64,000 nt of DNA from NCBI GenBank assembly GCA_001643675.2, contig LSRY02000025.1, positions 682,001 through 746,000 on the forward strand, read 5' to 3'. Below, piece after piece: positions 59,519-64,000 of the stretch. The translations under genes were made by a program, and so were the position numbers. Numbering within the stretch: the first letter of the stretch is position 1; the number at the start of each line of letters is the position of its first letter. Under the pieces are notes generated by a model. That model was given only the letters and a program-made list of their open reading frames with translations. It had not been told where the DNA came from and did no database searches. The DNA is from Monocercomonoides exilis PA203. Taxonomy: Eukaryota; Protista; Preaxostyla.

Positions 59519-60137
59519 ATGCAACAGATTTTCAGTGGCATATGTCAACTCATGAAGTCCGACAGTTCTTCATGGCAATCAGTCGTTGAAACAGCAGAAA
59601 TAGGAATTGTCTTTAATTCGACGACTGGCAGATCCACCCTGTCCATCCAAAATCAAGCAACGCAACAGGTTCTTTATACATTTATTTGATAAAATTAATC
59701 TGTATAATTTTATGATCTGCATTGTTTTATTATAGCATTTCGCAAGCAGAGAACTGATCCCTGAAATTGAAATGGTTAAAATGTCGGACGCCTTTATATA
59801 CTTGAGCATTCCACCTGATATGCAATTTGGATATAATTTCCCTGATCCAAGAATAGCCAGCGATTTCGAAGCTAAAATAAACGAATATAAGCAACCTCAT
59901 GCACCTGTTCAATCGCGTGTTGCATCTCAACAAATAGCTGCTCCAACTCATCCTGCTGGAACTGAATTCCGAGGTCAATCTGCTGTAATTGAAGGATCAG
60001 ATCGTCCTCCAGCTGGATTAATAGTTTTACGTCATGAATTAGAAGTTTTAGAGCAAAAATTGAAAAAGCATTTTGATCAGCAGATAGAACAAATGAAAGC
60101 TCAAATAATAAGAGAGCTAAGCACACGAAGAAGCTAA
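59519..60137 (+). CDS. Small EVH1/WH1-domain protein with C-terminal VASP-tetramerisation-like coiled coil; 2 exons, 183 aa
   Basis: Exons 59519-59668 and 59736-60137 (intron GTTCTT..TATAG, phase 0). QIFSGICQLMKSDSSSW...FIYL...QFGYNFPDPRIASDFEAKI follows the EVH1 pattern (W, F, YGLNFxSxxxAxxF). The tail is ELEVLEQKLKKHFDQQIEQMKAQIIRELSTR. Confidence 0.7.
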
Positions 60138-60416
60138 ACTTTATATATTATTTCTGTATGAAGTGATAATTCATTCACAATTCCTTTGTTTGAAGTTGTC
60201 TTTTTTTTTTAATGAATGAATCTCTTTTCGCTATCATTTCAATCTTTGAACATGAATTCATTTTATTTTTTAAAAAAACTTATGGATTTTGGATAAATAG
60301 CATGTGGATTTAAAATGAAAAAAAGAAAATTTTGATTTTTAAAAGGGAGTGAACGAGGCCTAAAAGTGTGAGACTTATAAATACGTTGTGAAATGTCTCT
60401 TTACTCTAAATATAAA

Positions 60417-61850
60417 TTAAGGAGTGGCTTGTGATTGCTTGTTTGAAGAAGAAGATGTATGTTGAGCAGATGGTGGCTCTATTATTTGCATAAGTTGTTC
60501 TGATGGAACGGTGCATTGAGAGTGATATTCTTTCTGATGGAAGTCAAAGGATTCTGGAGGAGGGGGTAAAGCAAAAAGAAGAAAAGAAAACTGATCTTTT
60601 GGAGGCTCTGATGTTGTGGAGGTGTTAGAGCAAACTCCAACTGAAGAAGATGATGAAGGAGGAGGAGAGGCGTTGTAGGTATTCTCGCTGTTAACTGGCA
60701 AATCCAAGTTGGCTCCCGAAAAGAAAGTTGACGAGCCTACAGTGCTATCTCTCATGTTGCGCTTGCACTGCATCTTGCATATGTCCCATTGAGCACGTGG
60801 TTGAGGGTTTCCACCTATTGAGCGTGCGTTTTTCCTCTTAACCTCATACAGCTTTCGGTCTCGATATGTCAGTTGCGTCTGAGGGAAAAACAGGCGATCC
60901 CCTCCCATCAATGGCGTACTGCTTGGATCTTTGCCTTTCCCATGATTTAGCAACGACAGCGAACAAGACATGGAATTCTTAACATTTTGCGCATAAAGGC
61001 GCGGATGTTCTTTTTCAGCTTGAGATGGATAATAAACAGGAAGGAATATCACTTCGAGATTGTTAGTCAAGTTGCACATCACGGTTAAATAATGGAATGG
61101 CCAACTTCGAACAGACCATTGAGTTGGATTGATTTTATCTTTGTAGTGAAGTACAATTGGCTGCATTGGAGCTCCAGGAACAAAAGCTCCACTATGAAAA
61201 TAATTCAAGCATTGGCCATTGCTTGTTGCACCTTCAGGGAAAATCATGCACGGAGGATATTTGTCATCGTTTGATTCAAGCCGTTGTTGAAGTTTGGATA
61301 AAAACGATGAGCTGTTTCCAGAAGATTTTCTATCAATTACAGGGCAATTAAATACTCGAGATAGAGGGCCAAGGAAAAAATTCTTTCCCACAAATTCAGC
61401 AACCACAAATGATGGAGATAATTTCCAAATGAAATAAAACATATCAAAGCAGCTACTATGATTTGCAATCACCATCTTTGCATCCTTTTGAATTTTTCCA
61501 TGCTCTGAAATCCAAAAAAATCCATACAAGTACAATATAAATCTGGCCCATCCTGCTCCAATAACCCTCCGAACTACTCTTATAATTTTTGGTTGGGGCT
61601 TATCAACGGGTCCAATACAACAAAAAAATATAAGATACAACAGCATGATAATTAAAACAGAAATAAGCGTCAAGATCAGTCGAAACGGGAACAAGAATAT
61701 AAGTCCAAAAATAAATTTAATCCATCCCCCAACAGAAAATTCATGAACTTCAAAAGCATCGATTGTATCTTGTGAAATGTGAATATCATTATAGACGTAT
61801 TCATCATGATCCTCATCAGGCATATCTATTGACGCAACTTGTGTATTCAT
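60417..61850 (-). CDS. Lysophospholipid acyltransferase (LPCAT/PlsC family)
   Basis: N-terminal TM (LFPFRLIL), catalytic ANHSSCFD (NHxSxxD), FPEGATSNG and GAFVPGAPMQP. The first ATG in frame is at 61850. Confidence 0.92.
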   Translation of the reverse strand: MNTQVASIDMPDEDHDEYVYNDIHISQDTIDAFEVHEFSVGGWIKFIFGLIFLFPFRLILTLISVLIIMLLYLIFFCCIGPVDKPQPKIIRVVRRVIGAGWARFILYLYGFFWISEHGKIQKDAKMVIANHSSCFDMFYFIWKLSPSFVVAEFVGKNFFLGPLSRVFNCPVIDRKSSGNSSSFLSKLQQRLESNDDKYPPCMIFPEGATSNGQCLNYFHSGAFVPGAPMQPIVLHYKDKINPTQWSVRSWPFHYLTVMCNLTNNLEVIFLPVYYPSQAEKEHPRLYAQNVKNSMSCSLSLLNHGKGKDPSSTPLMGGDRLFFPQTQLTYRDRKLYEVKRKNARSIGGNPQPRAQWDICKMQCKRNMRDSTVGSSTFFSGANLDLPVNSENTYNASPPPSSSSSVGVCSNTSTTSEPPKDQFSFLLFALPPPPESFDFHQKEYHSQCTVPSEQLMQIIEPPSAQHTSSSSNKQSQATP

Positions 61851-61987
61851 GTTTAATGGTGAATATTTATGAGAATTAGTCGTTAAGTCTGGCAATTCGA
61901 AATTTTCTCGTATTGATCATAACCTAAAGTAAAAAGTTTGAGAATCACAATACATTTATTTGTGTGATTAATTATCAAGGAAAAGAA

Positions 61988-63079
61988 ATGATTCGCTCGC
62001 CATTTAAAACATCAAAGGTCAATCTAGATGTATGGCTCCCTCCTTCTTCGACAGAGGATCTTGATCGATATATCGCAGAATATTGCGATGTCATGCTTTT
62101 AAAGTTTGTTGCGAATTAACAGCTCAAGATCAAACATTTTTTGTTTTTCCTTGTATTTTTTCGTTATAATGAAAATGTGAAATTCATATGAAAAAAGATA
62201 TACATCTAAGCTTCATGGAGTTGTTGTTTCATATTCTGATGTTAAAGTAAATCATTCTTTAGCAGTTATTCCAGATGATCTTGCTCTAATTGGCTTATCT
62301 GCTACTGCAATGCTTTCTGTGTTTTCGCCAACATCTGGATCTTTACTTGGTATATTTGTTTTCTGCAAAATTTTTAACGAAATTAAAAAATTTTTTTAAT
62401 TTTTTTAAGCCGGAACTGTTCAAAAAATTACATCAACGCAAGTTAGCTTGCTTGTTTATGGTCTCTTTAATGCATCTGTCCGGCTTGTTGATGTTTGCTC
62501 ACACATTTTTAAAAATCATTTAATAATATTAATGTTATTTAGGCACCTTCATATCAATTTTCAGGAGGGAGACTTGTGAAGCAAAGGCAAACAAAGGCAA
62601 AGAATGGATTTTCATTTCCATCTGTTATAAATGAAAGTCATCGAGTTTTATTTGCGGTTCGAGGATTCTCTGCTGATGAAGGAGTTCCAGTTTTAATTGG
62701 ATCATTCAATGAAGACGATGTAACAGACACTGAGCCTCTGCTTTCTGATAAGCCAGCGAAAGAAAAAAAATCAAAAGGAAAAGATTCTAAAGGAAAGGAT
62801 ATAGTTAAAGAAGAAAGCAATGATGATACAAAAAAAGAAGTCAAAGAAGAAATTGCAATTAAGGAAGAAGGCACTATTGTTAAGCATAAAAAATCAAAAA
62901 GAAAGAAAGAGGATATTGAAAAAGACGAAGAAGAAAAGGAAGAAAAGGAAAAAACGGAAAAAAAGAAATCAAAAAAAGAATCGTCAAAAAGCAAACATAC
63001 ACATGAAAAAAGTGATGAAATTGATGAAGAAAAACGAAAAGAGAAAAGTAAGTCAAAGAAAATTAAACTTGAAAATTGA
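61988..63079 (+). CDS. RPA43: RNA polymerase I subunit RPA43 (Rpb7-like) with Lys/Glu-rich tail; 4 exons
   Basis: Spliced product MIRSPFKTSKVNLDVWLPPS..MLLK|YTSKLHGVVVSYSDVK..VFSPTSGSLL|AGTVQKITSTQVSLLVYGLFNASV.. matches the RPA43 SHS2+OB pattern. Introns start at 62104, ~62350 and ~62493. The N-terminal exons were missed by the ORF track. Confidence 0.85.
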
Positions 63080-64000
63080 AATGAAAAAAATATTTGGTTT
63101 ATTTGAAAATGGTATCATACATAACTATTTTTATTTTATGAAAGAAAACAGATACCAATCATTTCATTCATCTACAAACTATTTTTTTTCAAAATCACTT
63201 CGAGTATTTTATGTTTTAAATGATCAATAATTAAAAATCAAAATATGAATTTTTGTGATAATTAAAAAAATACAGGTAATTCATCGTATTTGTTGATTTG
63301 ATTTTTGCATTGTTGAATGAAAGGGTTAAAAAAAAATCAATCATATTATTCTTTAAGTTTTTCAATCCTTTCGAATGTCAAGGCGAAAAAAATTTTTATT
63401 GAAACTTTCTCATTCAGAGAGTGATATTTTCAGATAAATGCCACTAACTTTTTCTATTTCCGAATTTTGTTCCACACAATATGGGGAAAAATACGAACTT
63501 TAAAGCTTTTTGTGCACAAAGCATGAAACAATTGTTTCTCTTTTAACATTTCTGAACATTTTCAGATTTCATATTAAATCGATATTTTACAACTGTAAAT
63601 AAACACCATTGATATAATAACAAAATGTGTTGTGATATCTCACGTATTTCAAAATAGAGACTTTTTCTTTCCATATTTTTTGATCACAAAAAGTTCATCA
63701 AATGTGCATTCTTTTTCAATGAAATACCAGAAGTCAAATATTTTTTTTATCTTTTTTCAAAAATTGCCTATTTTTCAAGATGGTCAGTGTTTATAATGGT
63801 GGTTCCTTTCAATCGCAGTGTACTGTGGTACTGTCTCAATAATAGTTGATAGAGATATTTCTGCTATTAATCCAATTGATTCCTAAATTAACACAAACTT
63901 ATGCAATATATTTTAATGAAACAACTTGCTCAAAAGAATAAAGTTTATGATATTTTCAATAAATGGAAAACCTTGGAAAATCTTATTTCTCCGAAAAGAT

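Noticed and set aside
63100-64000. Decayed transposase or pseudogene
   Set aside because: No long ORF is present and no DDE or RT motif was recognisable.

Overview
This is intron-containing, AT-rich eukaryotic DNA read in the standard genetic code. Gene families and style (short GT-AG introns, poly-Ser expansions, the beta-helix/TM/pseudokinase family) suggest an oxymonad such as Monocercomonoides; the taxon is an inference. I could reconstruct 13 protein-coding loci and one tRNA gene. In order: a large receptor-like pseudokinase gene broken by one in-frame TGA, a nucleotide-sugar transporter, tRNA-Ser(AGA), an EF-hand protein, a SPRY-like protein, Prp3, a bacterial-type TGS/ThrRS-uridine kinase fusion, kinesin-1, a hypothetical protein, a ~7,570-aa low-complexity giant, a prominin/tweety-like pentaspan protein, a minimal EVH1 + VASP-type coiled-coil protein, an LPCAT-type acyltransferase and RPA43. 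The most interesting items are: (1) the mini-Ena/VASP-like gene sharing a ~200-bp divergent interval with the prominin-like gene; (2) a ~375-bp degenerate palindrome with satellite hairpins just upstream of the tRNA gene; (3) the single TGA in a >2,200-codon frame; (4) a 22.4-kb stop-free exon; and (5) the probably laterally acquired nucleoside kinase. No CRISPR array, rRNA gene or autonomous transposon was seen. Splice models were made by eye and need RNA-seq confirmation.
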